From: Zancudomyces culisetae HAW-14-8
Lineage: Eukaryota; Fungi; Kickxellomycota
Reading direction: 5' to 3'
Assembly (NCBI GenBank): GCA_052426225.1
Contig: JBNJNM010000009.1
Coordinates: 1,116,001-1,180,000, forward strand
Length of the DNA stretch: 64,000 nt
Part shown: positions 36,980 through 49,345 of the stretch, piece by piece
Layout: each line of letters opens with the position of its first letter
Numbering within the stretch: the first letter of the stretch is position 1
The notes under the pieces: model-generated
Seen by the model: only the letters and a program-made list of their open reading frames with translations
Databases searched by the model: none
Told to the model about the DNA's origin: nothing
Position numbers and translations under genes: made by a program

Positions 36980-39136
36980 ATGGGTTTGATTGGGGAAAAA
37001 CAAGTAGCTAGATTGAAGGAACAACTGTCTAAGCAACTTGGAGAAATAAGTGATGCGGATCCGGATATTCTAGCCGAGTACATTATAGTGTTGTTACAAC
37101 ATGATAAAAGTGAAAAGGAGATACACCGGATTTGTATGGCGGATCTAAAGGATTTCTTGGGTGAAAATACAGAAAAGTTTGTGGGTCGGTTATTTGAAGA
37201 TTTGAAAAAACTAGAAAAAGAAAGGGAAAAAGAAAAGAGTTACTCCAATAGTGGTAAACGAAAAGGCGAGTATCATGGTGGTGAAGAGTATAGGAAAAGC
37301 AAGTATTCAAGACAAACAAGTACAAGTAGAAGTAGGGAGCGTAGAGGTTATAATAAAAGTAGGAGTAGAAGTAGGAGTAGGAGTAGAAGTAGAAGTAGGA
37401 GTAGAAGTAGGGGTAAAGGAGGAAGAGATACAAGAAGAAAAAAGGGTAACCAAGAAGAAGGAACTGAAGAATACGATCCAGAAAAGGTAGAATTTGGAGA
37501 AAAAGATGCGGATGGAAATTGGGAAATGACACAAGCTGGACAGGAAGTGTATAACAACGATAAGGATAATGAAGGCGTGAGAGTTGGAGGACAAATGGTT
37601 CCAGGGATGATGGGTGTAGGCATGCCGGGCTCAATGCCACTTGGAATGGGAATGGGAATGGGGATAGGAATGAATATGCCAATGGGGCCAGGGACGTTTC
37701 CAGGACAAGTACAGGGACAAGCACAAGGAGGAGCTAGTGGTGGGATGATTAGACCAGGAATGGTGCCAATGGGTATGGGTATGGGTATGAATATGGGAGG
37801 AATGAATGGAATGGGAATGAGGCCAAAGGGTAGAGCAGGAATGCCACTACAAATGCCTATGCAAATGCCTATGCCTATGTCTATGCCAATGTCTATGCCA
37901 ATGTCGATGCAAATGCCAGTGCGAATGCCACTTCAAATGCCTTTACAGAGACCAGTAGGACGACCAATGGGAGGAAATATGGGAGGAAATATGGGAGGTA
38001 GTATTGGAGGCAATATGGGAGCAAAGCCAGCAATGATGAAAAGAGGATTTAATAGTGGAGGTAATCGAAATGTTGAAGGGAAAAAATACTACATTGACAA
38101 TATTCCACAAGAAAAGTTGAATAAAGAGGCGATAGAAGAGTATTTTAAAAAGTACGGAGAAATAGAGAATATAGAGATTTTGGGAGGATCGAGAAAGGGG
38201 AATAGAATGGGAGCAGTGATAGAGTTTAAAGAGGTGGCGAGTGGAATACAGGCATATCAAAGTAGCGAGGCGATAATGGGTAATCGATTTATTGGTATAA
38301 AACGATATCGAGAAAGAGAGAGAGAGTATGGTAGTGGTAGTGGTAGTGGTTTTGGTGTTGGTATTAACAATAATCCACGAATTAGAAACAGTGTAAATAT
38401 GATGAATAATCAAGCAGAGTATAATAATAATAATAATGTTAATGAAAGAGAAAAGGAAATGGAAAAGGAAAAGGAAAAGATTGAAGATGAAAATGAAAAT
38501 GAAAATGAAAATGAGGAAAAAAAAGATGAACTAGCTAAATTGGCAAGAACAAATTATATATTAAACCAAACAAAAAAATTGGAGGCGATAAAGGAAAGAC
38601 AGAGTAAGATGGAAGCAATGATTGGGAGACAGAGAGAGATAATAGGACGATTGGAACAGTTAACAAAACAACAAAGTAATACTAATACTAATGCTAATGC
38701 TAATGCTAATGCTAATGCTAATAGTAGTGGAAAAGTATTGATAGATTTACAAGAAAATGAAAAAAGAGAGATAGAAAAGTTAGAGTTAAAAATTGAATTG
38801 AAAAAGATTCAAATGGAAATGAAAAAGGGTAGCAATGTAAATAGTAGTAGTGTTGGTGGAATTGATAACCGAAGTAAAAAAATACTGGTTCGTAAAACAA
38901 CACAGGAACCAAATAGTAAAATGATGAAATTAAAGATTGAGTATCAAATGATGGAATATGGAATTATAAAGCAAGTCCAAGAAATGAATAATGGAATGGT
39001 TGAGATTGAGTATGAGAATAGATGGGAAGTTGAAAAAGCATATAAAGCAATTATGACAACAAAACAAGGACAAGGACAAGGACAAGGGCAAGGACAGAAT
39101 GATAATAGTGAATTAGAAGTAGTAAAATTTGAATGA
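36980..39136 (+). CDS. RBM26/RBM27-like RNA-binding protein (PWI, RS repeat, Met/Gly-rich region, RRM)
   Basis: PWI-like DADPDILAEYIIVLL..LKDFLGENTEKFV; RS dipeptide run; EEYDP; RRM YIDNIPQEKLN..YFKKYGEI..EAIMGNRFI; second degenerate RRM at the C-terminus. Confidence 0.85.
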   Translation: MGLIGEKQVARLKEQLSKQLGEISDADPDILAEYIIVLLQHDKSEKEIHRICMADLKDFLGENTEKFVGRLFEDLKKLEKEREKEKSYSNSGKRKGEYHGGEEYRKSKYSRQTSTSRSRERRGYNKSRSRSRSRSRSRSRSRSRGKGGRDTRRKKGNQEEGTEEYDPEKVEFGEKDADGNWEMTQAGQEVYNNDKDNEGVRVGGQMVPGMMGVGMPGSMPLGMGMGMGIGMNMPMGPGTFPGQVQGQAQGGASGGMIRPGMVPMGMGMGMNMGGMNGMGMRPKGRAGMPLQMPMQMPMPMSMPMSMPMSMQMPVRMPLQMPLQRPVGRPMGGNMGGNMGGSIGGNMGAKPAMMKRGFNSGGNRNVEGKKYYIDNIPQEKLNKEAIEEYFKKYGEIENIEILGGSRKGNRMGAVIEFKEVASGIQAYQSSEAIMGNRFIGIKRYREREREYGSGSGSGFGVGINNNPRIRNSVNMMNNQAEYNNNNNVNEREKEMEKEKEKIEDENENENENEEKKDELAKLARTNYILNQTKKLEAIKERQSKMEAMIGRQREIIGRLEQLTKQQSNTNTNANANANANANSSGKVLIDLQENEKREIEKLELKIELKKIQMEMKKGSNVNSSSVGGIDNRSKKILVRKTTQEPNSKMMKLKIEYQMMEYGIIKQVQEMNNGMVEIEYENRWEVEKAYKAIMTTKQGQGQGQGQGQNDNSELEVVKFE

Positions 39137-39254
39137 ATAAAGTATATTAGATTAGATTGTTTTATAAGATTTGGAATATAAAAAAAAAAAAAAGATTTGG
39201 ATAAAAAAAGAGTAAATAATTAAATAAATAAATATTTGATTTGATTTGATTTGA

Positions 39255-41252
39255 TTAACGATAATCAGTAGAACCATTCTTTCTCTTTCCACTATACAAA
39301 TGCTTGGGACGTTTGACTTGGATTTGTCTATCAGCTTCACCACGTCTAGCATCAAGGTTGAATCTACGTTCAGTAAGGAATTTCTTTTTGTTGGCATCCG
39401 ACAACATACTGCTATCTCTAAGACCCAAAGTTGAACGATCACGGCGTTGAGATTGGCCAGAGACAGACATTGAGGCACCCAATAAACGTTTTCCATTTTT
39501 GTTTATATTGACAGACTCGACATCCATAGAATCAGCATTTTTATCGTCTTGAGATTTGTTGGCATTAGCACCAGAATTAACACCAGCAATTTTTCTGGCT
39601 TTGGCTAAAGCATTGAATTTGGGTTTTAGTCTGTTTTGTTGGATAATAATTTGTTTTTGTTTGCGGATCTTTGAAGCCAATTGGGCCAATTTGCGTCTAT
39701 CTTCATGAGCCTTTTGTTCCTCCTCATCCGAAAATTCACTCTTTTCTTCATCATAAATTCCCTCTGCCTCGTATTGTTCTTCCTCCAATTCCAACTGTGC
39801 CAATTTGTATTCAATCTCTGGATCAATGAAGTCTGCAATATTCTTTCCATCCATAATTTCTGGAATGACATCATATTTCCATTCCTCATCCTCCAGTTTG
39901 TAGTGTTTCTTCAAATCTACATTGTATACTCCTGCTCCTCCATTAAGTACCTCAAGATCTTTCTCCAATATTCTCTTTGTTTCTTCCTCTTGCATATACT
40001 CTTCTCCCTCACCTTCTTTTCTTTCTTGTTCAATCTTCATCTTGGTACGTGCTGCTATTACCTTTTCTGGAATATTTGGCATTCTAACCACATCGTCTCT
40101 TTGTTTAGGTTCTGACAAATTAATCTTATTAAGAATATTGTTGCTACCACTAGCGTCTCCTCCTGCTGCTGCTGCTGAACTAATGCTGCGAAGTTTGTTT
40201 TCTACTCGGTATGCCAACAACATCTCACACGCCAAATTTCTTGTTTCCATCACCCCTTCATCAAGGAATGTACTCATCTTTGATAGCTTGAGTTTTCCAT
40301 TGCTTGCTGCCAATAATCCCTCAATCTTTTCCCGGAATTTCTCATCCTCTACATCTTCCAACTGCTTCAAATCACTCTTTGTCATCACCAGTACCGTTGG
40401 TCGATTGCCAAACAATGGCTGGATCGATTCAAACAACCCAATCTGCTCTGCAAGACTATATCCACACTGCTCCGACAAATCCATAAAAAACAACACACAT
40501 GCTCGCAAATGTGCTAGTGCTGTAATACTCTGCATCTCAATTGTGTTGCGCTCCTCCAATGGATGGTCCAAGATCCCTGGTGTGTCAATCACCTGCCATC
40601 TCAAGTATTTGTAGTCCATATGTCCCACAAACAACGACTTGGTTGTAAATGCGTATGGCTGAACCTCCACCTCTGCTCTTGTCACCTTGTTCATAAAACT
40701 GGATTTGCCTACATTTGGGTATCCACACACCAACAATGTTCTTGACCCCGTATCTATACTTGGCAATCTTCCCAAATGCTGTCTCACTTGCTCCAAGTAC
40801 CCCAAACTGTCCTTCTGCCTACTCATTATTGTTGCCATACGTCCCAACGCCGCTCGCTTCAGCAACTTGCATCTGTACAACGAATCTCCAAACTTCAACA
40901 ACCTAACATAGTCCCTAGCGACCTTGTTAATCAACTGTCTCGCCGTGTTGATTTGTCCCAACGCCAACTTGTAATGGTCCTTGTCATACAACACATTCAA
41001 CAAATCCCCATAAAACGGATGGATGTTGTCCAATTGTGGAAAATCCGTAATTATCTGTCCCAGTTTCTCCTCAAACGTATCCTGTGTATACTTGACCTTT
41101 CTCATATAAAACTTTCGAATTCTTCCAATATTGTACCCCGGATGCACTACTGTTGGTGTCTTTCTCTGTGTCTTTGACAACACAATATCAACAAATTCCT
41201 TGCTAGTTGGAACCGTTTGGATCCTCTTAAAGTTATATTGTACCTGTGTCAT
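39255..41252 (-). CDS. NOG1: Nucleolar GTP-binding protein Nog1
   Basis: LSKTQRKTPT, GYPNVGKSS, YAFTTKS, DTPGILD, C-terminal PKHLYSGKR..TDYR. Confidence 0.98.
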   Translation of the reverse strand: MTQVQYNFKRIQTVPTSKEFVDIVLSKTQRKTPTVVHPGYNIGRIRKFYMRKVKYTQDTFEEKLGQIITDFPQLDNIHPFYGDLLNVLYDKDHYKLALGQINTARQLINKVARDYVRLLKFGDSLYRCKLLKRAALGRMATIMSRQKDSLGYLEQVRQHLGRLPSIDTGSRTLLVCGYPNVGKSSFMNKVTRAEVEVQPYAFTTKSLFVGHMDYKYLRWQVIDTPGILDHPLEERNTIEMQSITALAHLRACVLFFMDLSEQCGYSLAEQIGLFESIQPLFGNRPTVLVMTKSDLKQLEDVEDEKFREKIEGLLAASNGKLKLSKMSTFLDEGVMETRNLACEMLLAYRVENKLRSISSAAAAGGDASGSNNILNKINLSEPKQRDDVVRMPNIPEKVIAARTKMKIEQERKEGEGEEYMQEEETKRILEKDLEVLNGGAGVYNVDLKKHYKLEDEEWKYDVIPEIMDGKNIADFIDPEIEYKLAQLELEEEQYEAEGIYDEEKSEFSDEEEQKAHEDRRKLAQLASKIRKQKQIIIQQNRLKPKFNALAKARKIAGVNSGANANKSQDDKNADSMDVESVNINKNGKRLLGASMSVSGQSQRRDRSTLGLRDSSMLSDANKKKFLTERRFNLDARRGEADRQIQVKRPKHLYSGKRKNGSTDYR

Positions 41253-42091
41253 TTTTTATTTTTTACCTATTCTTTTTTTTTTTTACTTTCTTTTCTTTTA
41301 TTTCTATGGTTTATATATTCTCCTCCCGTTTGTTTAGACTCTATATTTGTATACCTCTTATCCAATTCCAAAATCGTCTTTTCAAAACCTTAATAGAATA
41401 TACGAGAATATAATGACAAGTTGGCTTTTCTCTTCTTTTTTTTACTTTTCTTTTCTATGTTTCCCTTTTGAAAAAAAAAAAAATTTTTTTTTTCGATTTC
41501 TCGCTTCTTTTTTTTTTTTCTTTTACCAAAGTATATTGTTATATTAGCTACATTAATTACTTGATTCATTTAATTTGCTTCATTTTCAATCAACCTACTA
41601 AAAAAAAAAAAATTTTTTTTTTTCTTTCTTTACTATGGAATTTTGTTTTGGTAAAATTTGCTGCTAATTTACTCATCCTCTTTGCAGAAATCAAAAAATA
41701 AACAACCTATAACCTTATTTGCTATCCGAATAAAATACCATTCAATATTCACTCCTTGTATCATTTAATCACTTTAATAATACTCTTTCTCTCCCCTTTA
41801 TTTTTTCTTGATCCTAGATATATTCAAAATTTCAGTAATAACCTCCCCCCACCCTCATCATCACTTTCTACATCTCTCTCTCTCTCTCTCTCTCTCTACC
41901 TTCCTTTATTTTTTTCTTGTTTGATTTCCTTGAGTTCATTCTATAATCTCTGCTAAAATATCACTCTAAAACTACAACTGCAACTGCAACTGCAATCACA
42001 ACTACATCTAGAACCACATCTCGTTTCACCCATCACCATCACCATCACTATTAGTATGCTACACCCTGACTTTATTCTTCATTTATCAGCT

Positions 42092-42929
42092 TTAATAAAC
42101 CGGTTTATTATATTCAATTTTTTCTATTGTAACTTCGTTATCAACCAACTTATACAAATACACCACAACCTGTCTATCTTTTTGCTGTTCCATTTCATCT
42201 CGGGGCTCGCTTATGTCCATCAACACAAAACTTGGTACTTCGCATTCTGGAAGTGCTCCTGTTGCGCTGCCTGGGTTAATAAACAACATTCCCCCATCCT
42301 CAAACACCTGACTCTTTCCACTACTGGTTCCATATATCAAAATATCTACTCCCATAAACGTCGCTACATTGTTTAGTTTTTCCAAATCAGCCCCGCTATT
42401 CGGTGTTATTTGGTTTATTACACCAATGTTTATTCCCTCAACAAAATTCACAAGTACTTTGTTGTCCTTCGCACTCTTGCCCTTGTTTGTATTCATGTGT
42501 CCTTCTTTCTCTTCTCCATGCATTAATTTTTCTATCACTGCAGCTTGGTCGTATTCTCCTCTGACCATTTCAATGTCTGGGCTTATAGCTCTCAGGTATT
42601 CCAAAGTTGTTGCATCTGTCAAGTTTCCTGTACATATCGTCTTTTGGATTTTCCCTGGGACCTATTGTTTTATCATATCACCTTGTTTGTTTATTACTTT
42701 TAAAAATAAAATGAAAAGAAATGAAAAAAAGAAGAGTATAGACTTACCAGTAATCTACGGAACTTTGCCGGTAAATCAATCGCCCTCTCAGGAATATGCA
42801 ATTCTCCAATTACCAGTACCAGCTATTATTTAAAGACATTTATTAGTTTGTTGTTTCCATCCTTTTTTCCAACTCATGAAAATTTATGTCAATCTTAAAA
42901 ACCCATTGTCTGTTTACTAGACTCACCAT
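42092..42929 (-). CDS. VPS29: Retromer subunit Vps29 (divergent), 3 exons
   Basis: ATG-only first exon at 42927-42929; LVLVIGELHIPERAIDLPAKFRRLL / VPGKIQKTICTGNL..INPGSATGA..PSFVLMDI..VVVYLYKL. Confidence 0.92.
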
Positions 42930-43469
42930 TTTTGTTACTTTGGCAGTTTGTTGCTTTTTAAATATTGATGTATGCTCAATTTGTATTGTACTTGTATTGC
43001 TATATTGCTCTTTTTGTTGTACTTTTGTTTTTTTTGTCTTTTTTTTTTTTTGCTCTCCATGTATAAAAATGTAAAGGTGTTTTTTTTTTTAGGTAAAAGA
43101 AATAGACTAGCAAATGAACTGACGAGGTTACTTTATGTTTTACTCATTATATACTCCCATTTGCTTCCTCTCCAACACTCTCCTCTCGCAAAAAGTAATG
43201 GGTTTTTGCTTCCTTTATTTACAATTATTGAAGTTCTGGTTCTGGTATTAGTTCTGGGTATAAAAAGATCAAATAAATGTAACTTGGTCTAAATTATATC
43301 CTTGATTGAAAATACAAAATATTAAATATTAAATGCTAAATAGATATATATATTTGCAAACTTGTGAAATTAAAAAAAAAGTCTGATTGTATTATTGGAA
43401 TTAGACAAGTGCCATAAATATATAGTCTTAGGGGGGGGGGAAGAGAAAGTTACACAACTTTTTATAAAC

Positions 43470-46400
43470 ATGGAATTCCATATACCCGCGCAGTCCATCA
43501 AACGTAAACTCTAACTACATTTTTGAATTTTGAATATTCAAGAACTAACATAACACGGTTAGATTAAACACTTTGTGCTTGTATTTTGTAGTGAATAACA
43601 ACAACAATAGCAGTCATAATAATAATTAACATTCTCCCATTTGAAATATAAACGCAATAAATAGCATTTACAAAGGCTTTGACATGTATAAGCAGATTTA
43701 ATGAAGACGTGTTTTTTGAAGTCAAAGATCAAAAGGTCTAAATCCCACACATTATATTTACCTTTTCTAGTTTCCTTTTTGGAAGATCCATACGAAAAAC
43801 TAACCAATTTAAATGTACCCACAATATACAGTTAGAACTAATCGGCGTAAATTCATCAAGGAGTGGCTATTGTTTGTTCACATTTGAAACCTGGTTTTTT
43901 GAAAAGTATTACCTATCGAATGCGGCAAAGACAGGACGTGAACCTGCACTGAGGTTTAAACTGAATTGTAAGGCAAGTTGAAAAATAAAAATAATAAAAC
44001 ACACACACACACACACAAATATATATAATGTATATATATATGTTTATGTATGTTATCTCGAGATATTTCTGGATTTTCCCACTACTTTACCGTGCTTTAA
44101 AAACTCTTTTTGAAATATAAAATAGAAACTTATTGCGGCATTAAAAATAAAATCACATCTCCAATATACCAGCGGTGGTACAGGAACAAGTGGCTGGGGG
44201 AGCGGAAATAACAATGAGAACAAAGATGGTATCAGCAAAATAGTCGAAAAATGTATTGTGAAAATCAAACAAAAGGTTAAAAATCAGCGACGGGTTCAAC
44301 GACGCGGCGAAGAACATGAAAATGAAGATACAAGAATGGTAGAGGAAGAGGAGGAAAGTGGAGAAGATGAGGACGAGGACGAAGAAGAAATGGATAATAA
44401 ACTGATAATTCAAATTCAACACAAGGCAGGGATAGTAAAGACATATCGAATGCTTTACGAAATCACCGAAACATTGCATGCAATATATGATCGTGACAAC
44501 TGTCAAAACCGTATCATAGTAGATGCAAAACTGCTCAAAGATATTATTGGACATTTTCCAAGACGGATGACTGATGAGGTCTCACTCCTCTTTACAGAAA
44601 AACACGTACTCATGAGAAGTTGGTCAGAAAGCTATAGTGGTGGAAACAATGGAATTGGTGGTGGTGGTGGTGGTGGCAACGGACCTCGAGTTATTACTGC
44701 GGGTGATGCCACGAGAACAATGCAAACTGAGCTGCTGATGGACCCCGAAGAGTTTGACATTTACCACCTAACATTTTATGGGAATGAGAATAACAATATT
44801 TCCAGTACTAACAGCAGGTACCAACAACAAAACATTTCCACACCTGTCAGACCATATCCACAAAAGTCACAACCACAACCACCAGCAACAAACAATACAA
44901 CTGCAACTGCATCGACAAGTGGTGGCAATGTGAACTGCATCGAACTCACATTTGGTATCAAGGAGTTCAAGGCAATTCTTAGCTATTCAGAAGCTGCTGA
45001 ATTACCTTTGCAGGCGCACTTTGATGCAGGTGGAGACCCCATATTGTTTTATGTATCCAGCGATATTTTTGACCAATCAAATTTTAACGTCTCTAGGCGT
45101 AAACCCTCAGCCAATAGCGTGGTTGCACCAAATGACAATTCCCATTTCCGCAGCAACAATAACAACATGAATTTTAATGGCAATGGTAATGGCAATGTTA
45201 TTATTAATAGTTCAGCTGATTTATCATTTGATGGTATATCAGCTGAGTTTGTTCTTGCCACTGTATCGGATCAATTTTCTAGTACCGCATCTCAAGCTAC
45301 AACAGCCTCTCATTCAATCAGTCTTTCAGCCTCACTAATGTCAACGTCAAACAATAATAATGATATTAAGAGTAATAGCCAATTGTTTCAATCCCCTTCA
45401 TCAAAATCCAAATCAAATCTAAATCCAAAACCAAAACCAAACTCAAAACCTTCGAGATATGACAACCTTCCCCCATCGTCTTTTAGTTTAATAAATAATA
45501 ACAGGACCAATGATCCTATAGCTAATTCCGATAAAAACCCTCAACCGTCCTCACAAAATCCCATACAAAGTCCCGCAAAACGCGCTTTGGGTTCTGATCA
45601 TAGTAAACAGTCTAAAAGTGATCTACAAACACCCTTATTTCAGGAAAATCACCAGTACCAACAGCACCACCATCCCGAAACCACGATGGATGCAGACCAT
45701 AATGACTTTTCACAGCAACCCTCCAACAATCCGCCATCTTCAGGTGTTATTCTTACTGGTACTGAAAGTATGACATCCTCGGCTGTATTATCTCTTCAAC
45801 AAAAAGACAATATACCTCATGTAAACCCTGGCGGCTTACCATCGCAACCTGCTTATGATCATAAAAACCGTGAGTTGGAGTACCAAGATTCTTTGATGAG
45901 AACGCCTAGACCTCCAAATTCGGCTGTAGACTCGGGACTTGCTCCTATTAACATATCCAACTCTTCTTTACTAAAGGTAAATATCTAATTTTTATTTGTT
46001 AAATCTGAGTTTTATAATTTTATATATTTATATATTTATGTTCATTATTACATGTATATTTACTTTAACCATAATGCCTAAAATATTCGATATTGGAATA
46101 ATACCTAGAACGTTCAGAAATTAAACGTAAACTCTGTCTCGTCATCAGCAAAGAATAAGCCCAAAAATTCTTGGAAATGGCCAGGACTGGAGGATCCAAT
46201 AGGGGAAAACGATCAGCCCTTCAATTCACAATCCGTTCCCAACCCTCCAGATAATAACAATGTTAACGAGCCATACTTTTCAACTTCATCGCGTATCCAA
46301 CAACCCGACTTGCGAGTTGTTGATATCAACTCTGAGTCTAATTCTGACTCTGATTCGGATCTTGAATCTGGCTCTAATTCTGTTGCAAATACCATTTCTG

Positions 46401-46684
46401 GCATTCGTCCTCCACATAGAAGCAAGGATAATAATAATAATGATAATAAAAGTAGGGATAGTGATTCTGATAGTGATTCTGATAGTGTTGTTTTATCCGC
46501 GACACCTCCTTCTTCTAAAAGGGTAAGTTTTTATATATTAAGTCCTAAAAATATCTACTTTTGATTTTTATCAATTTCTTTTTCTGTATCTGGGTTTTCA
46601 CATTATTAACTTGTAATATCCCTGTGTATTTTCTACATACTCTGCTTCATAACCATGCCATCCTAGTCAAGATCACTATTTTAG
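43470..46684 (+). CDS. RAD9: 9-1-1 checkpoint clamp subunit Rad9 (S. pombe/human type; Ddc1 in budding yeast), multi-exon
   Basis: MEFHIPAQSIK / FTKALTCISRF / LELIGVNSSRSGY..FFEKY / GIVKTY, TFGIKEFKAILSYSE, HFDAGGDPI, AEFVLAT; long disordered tail ending SATPPSSKR/SRSLF. Confidence 0.9.
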
Positions 46685-47039
46685 CGTATTTACTTTATTT
46701 ATTTAGTCTGGAAACTAAACATCTTTTTGATTCTTTGCATAATTCTATTGGAATTGAAACAATGATTCTTGTAGTTATATCATATTTTGAATATTTGTAG
46801 TTTCATCACTTTAGCAATTTAGTTTTGAATGTAGGAAATTATCCAAGTCCTGGAGAAAAAAAAAATTGCAGGCAAATTTGCAAACATTAATAAATACATG
46901 AGCAAAATCTGCGTAACATTGAAGTCTGTTCAATTTGCTATCAGCTTTTAAAACCACCCTCCCCTAACACCCCCAACACTCCATATATATCAATTCTGTA
47001 ATTCCTGTTTTAATTTACAATTCGACTACTATTTAAATA

Positions 47040-48933
47040 ATGTACCACGACGCTCAAGATTATTATTTGTAAGTTGAATTTGTGCTATCTTTAAATTAAC
47101 CCACTTTTCAGAGACAAATGAGTTTTTTTTTCTGTATTGCTTGTACAATAATCCAAAACCACCTTGAAATAAACTGCTGGATAATTGTTTAACACATGAC
47201 GTTTCTTACTTTATTTTATTCTACTTGATGCAATTAGAATGAACGACGATGAGGGTAGCCCGGAAATCGACGAAAACAAACCGCGAATACTGTTTTTAGG
47301 AGCACCAAGGTAATGTAAAATTCGTAATAATCAGTTGTTACTTTTTTCTTTTCTTTAGCTTGATCCGTTCGTCCATTATTATACCTTTTTTTTATAATTC
47401 TGCGCTTGAAATTAAAGAGACTAATGCGTATGTGTGACTATGGTTGGGGGGGATTTTTTTGTTTTGTTTTGTTTTGTTTTGTTTCGTGAATAGAAGCGGG
47501 AAAACAAGCATATTGCTAGTAATATTTGAACAACGCGAGCAACTCGAAACTATAGCCATTGAGCCCAGCTCGGAGATTATTGAGTATGAGATGTATGGAG
47601 GCATAGAAGTGTACGATTTTCCTGGGCAAAATGACGAGGAGGACTTCCAATCACTTGGGATAAATAGGCTTTTGGGAGTCAACACCGCAGTTGTATTTGT
47701 ACTTGACACTCAGGTAGCTATTAAAACAGCCTATTTTATATTACACACATATACACATGCATTTATTTACTGCAGTTGATAAGAAACATGTATATGTATC
47801 ATAGGATGATGTTCAACGAGGGCTGCTAACATTACTCAGTGCCATGAGTGCGATATTCAGCTACAATCCGAGCATCCCTTTTCATATATTTCTTCATAAA
47901 ATTGATGGACTATCCGAAGAGTTGAGGCAAGGTAAAGATCAAACCGCCTTTTTTTTACCCACTTTTAGTACACATACACAACATTTTTTTTCTATTCTTT
48001 TTGTTTAGGTATATTATGCTGACGTTAATACTAAGCTTTTATTTGGTGATTGTACGCCTATAGACATCAGTACTGACATCCAACAAAAAGTTATTTTCAA
48101 CATGGATTATCGTGGCTGGGACAGCTCCAATGTTCAATTTTACGTTACTAGCATCTACAACAAATCTATCTACGAAGCTATGAGTAGAGTATCTCACAAA
48201 CTCTTTCCTCATGTTAATATTTTAGAAAGTCTGCTGAACTCCCTATGTTTTGTAAGTCTTTCCTGTTGATGTTTTTTCTACTAATCTATTCTAACCAGAT
48301 ACTTTCATACTCATTTGCCCCGATTAACTGTTCGTTTATTTTGTCTTTTTAGAAATCAAACCTGGATAATGCGTACATTTTTGACATGAACCACAAATTA
48401 TATATTGCCTCTGATTCCTCCCCTTCGACCACACAATCACACAGGTTCTGTTGTGACACCATTGGACTGATTGAAGACTTGACAAAAATGTACAGGTAAG
48501 AGTTTCTTGTATACCCGACATAATTGTGTTTGTACATAATTTCTTATGCACCTACTATATCTCTGTTATGTATTTATCTGTTCATACAGTAGAGCCTTTC
48601 AATTCGGGAATCGCGAAAATAGTGGAAACGGCAACTTTGTAGGATCACGGTTAGAATCAGTAATACAACTACAACCAGATTATAACGTTATTATTTATCA
48701 GATTAACGAGTATGTATTTTCTCTTTTTCTTCGCCTATAATCAAGTACATATATACCTTACCCAACAGATCAGTACTTACTTGTTGAGGAATAATAATTC
48801 TAATTTTAGCTTTAATAATTTTAGGCGGCTGATGTTGGTTTGTATGATGCGAGGGGATATCGACAACAAAATGAGTTTACTTGAACTCAATGCCAGCAAA
48901 ATCTCTAGTGCTGTCTGTAAAGTTTTAGAATGA
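47040..48933 (+). CDS. GTR2: Rag GTPase Gtr2 (RagC/D), multi-exon
   Basis: KPRILFLGAPRSGKTS, DFPGQ, FLHKIDGLSE, TSIY..SIYEAMSRV, AYIFD..KLYIASDSSP. Confidence 0.88.
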
Positions 48934-49345
48934 TTTTCCCTCGTTTATTTGTTTTTCTTTTATATATATTATAAATCAAAGTTTACAGCTAATATACATT
49001 TTACTTATCCACTCTTTTTATTTTTTGTGTGTGTGTGTGTGCGTGCGTTCCTATCTACATTATTTCCAGAAATTATAAAGAACTTGGGATGCTCAGAAAA
49101 TAAAACAAAATAAAAATACAGAACCACTATTATCTTGGAAGAGATTTATTTTTTGTATATGAAATTCTACTTTGTGTACAGTTGAATTTTAAGTATAAAA
49201 AAAAAAGGAGGGGGAAAAGTATTAAATATTAAGAAAAGCTGCGTGTAACCCGTAAAGTAAAAGTTGGCACACACTAAATAGTGCAACTTTTATATACTAT
49301 ATCATATCGCATCACAACATTGATGAAAAGCTGGTATCACCCAAA

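Noticed and set aside
2174-48933. Apparent functional clustering (VPS27, ARL8, VPS29, GTR2 endolysosomal genes; GID8 near its yeast substrate PCK1)
   Set aside because: Interspersed with unrelated housekeeping genes; coincidence is likely without synteny data
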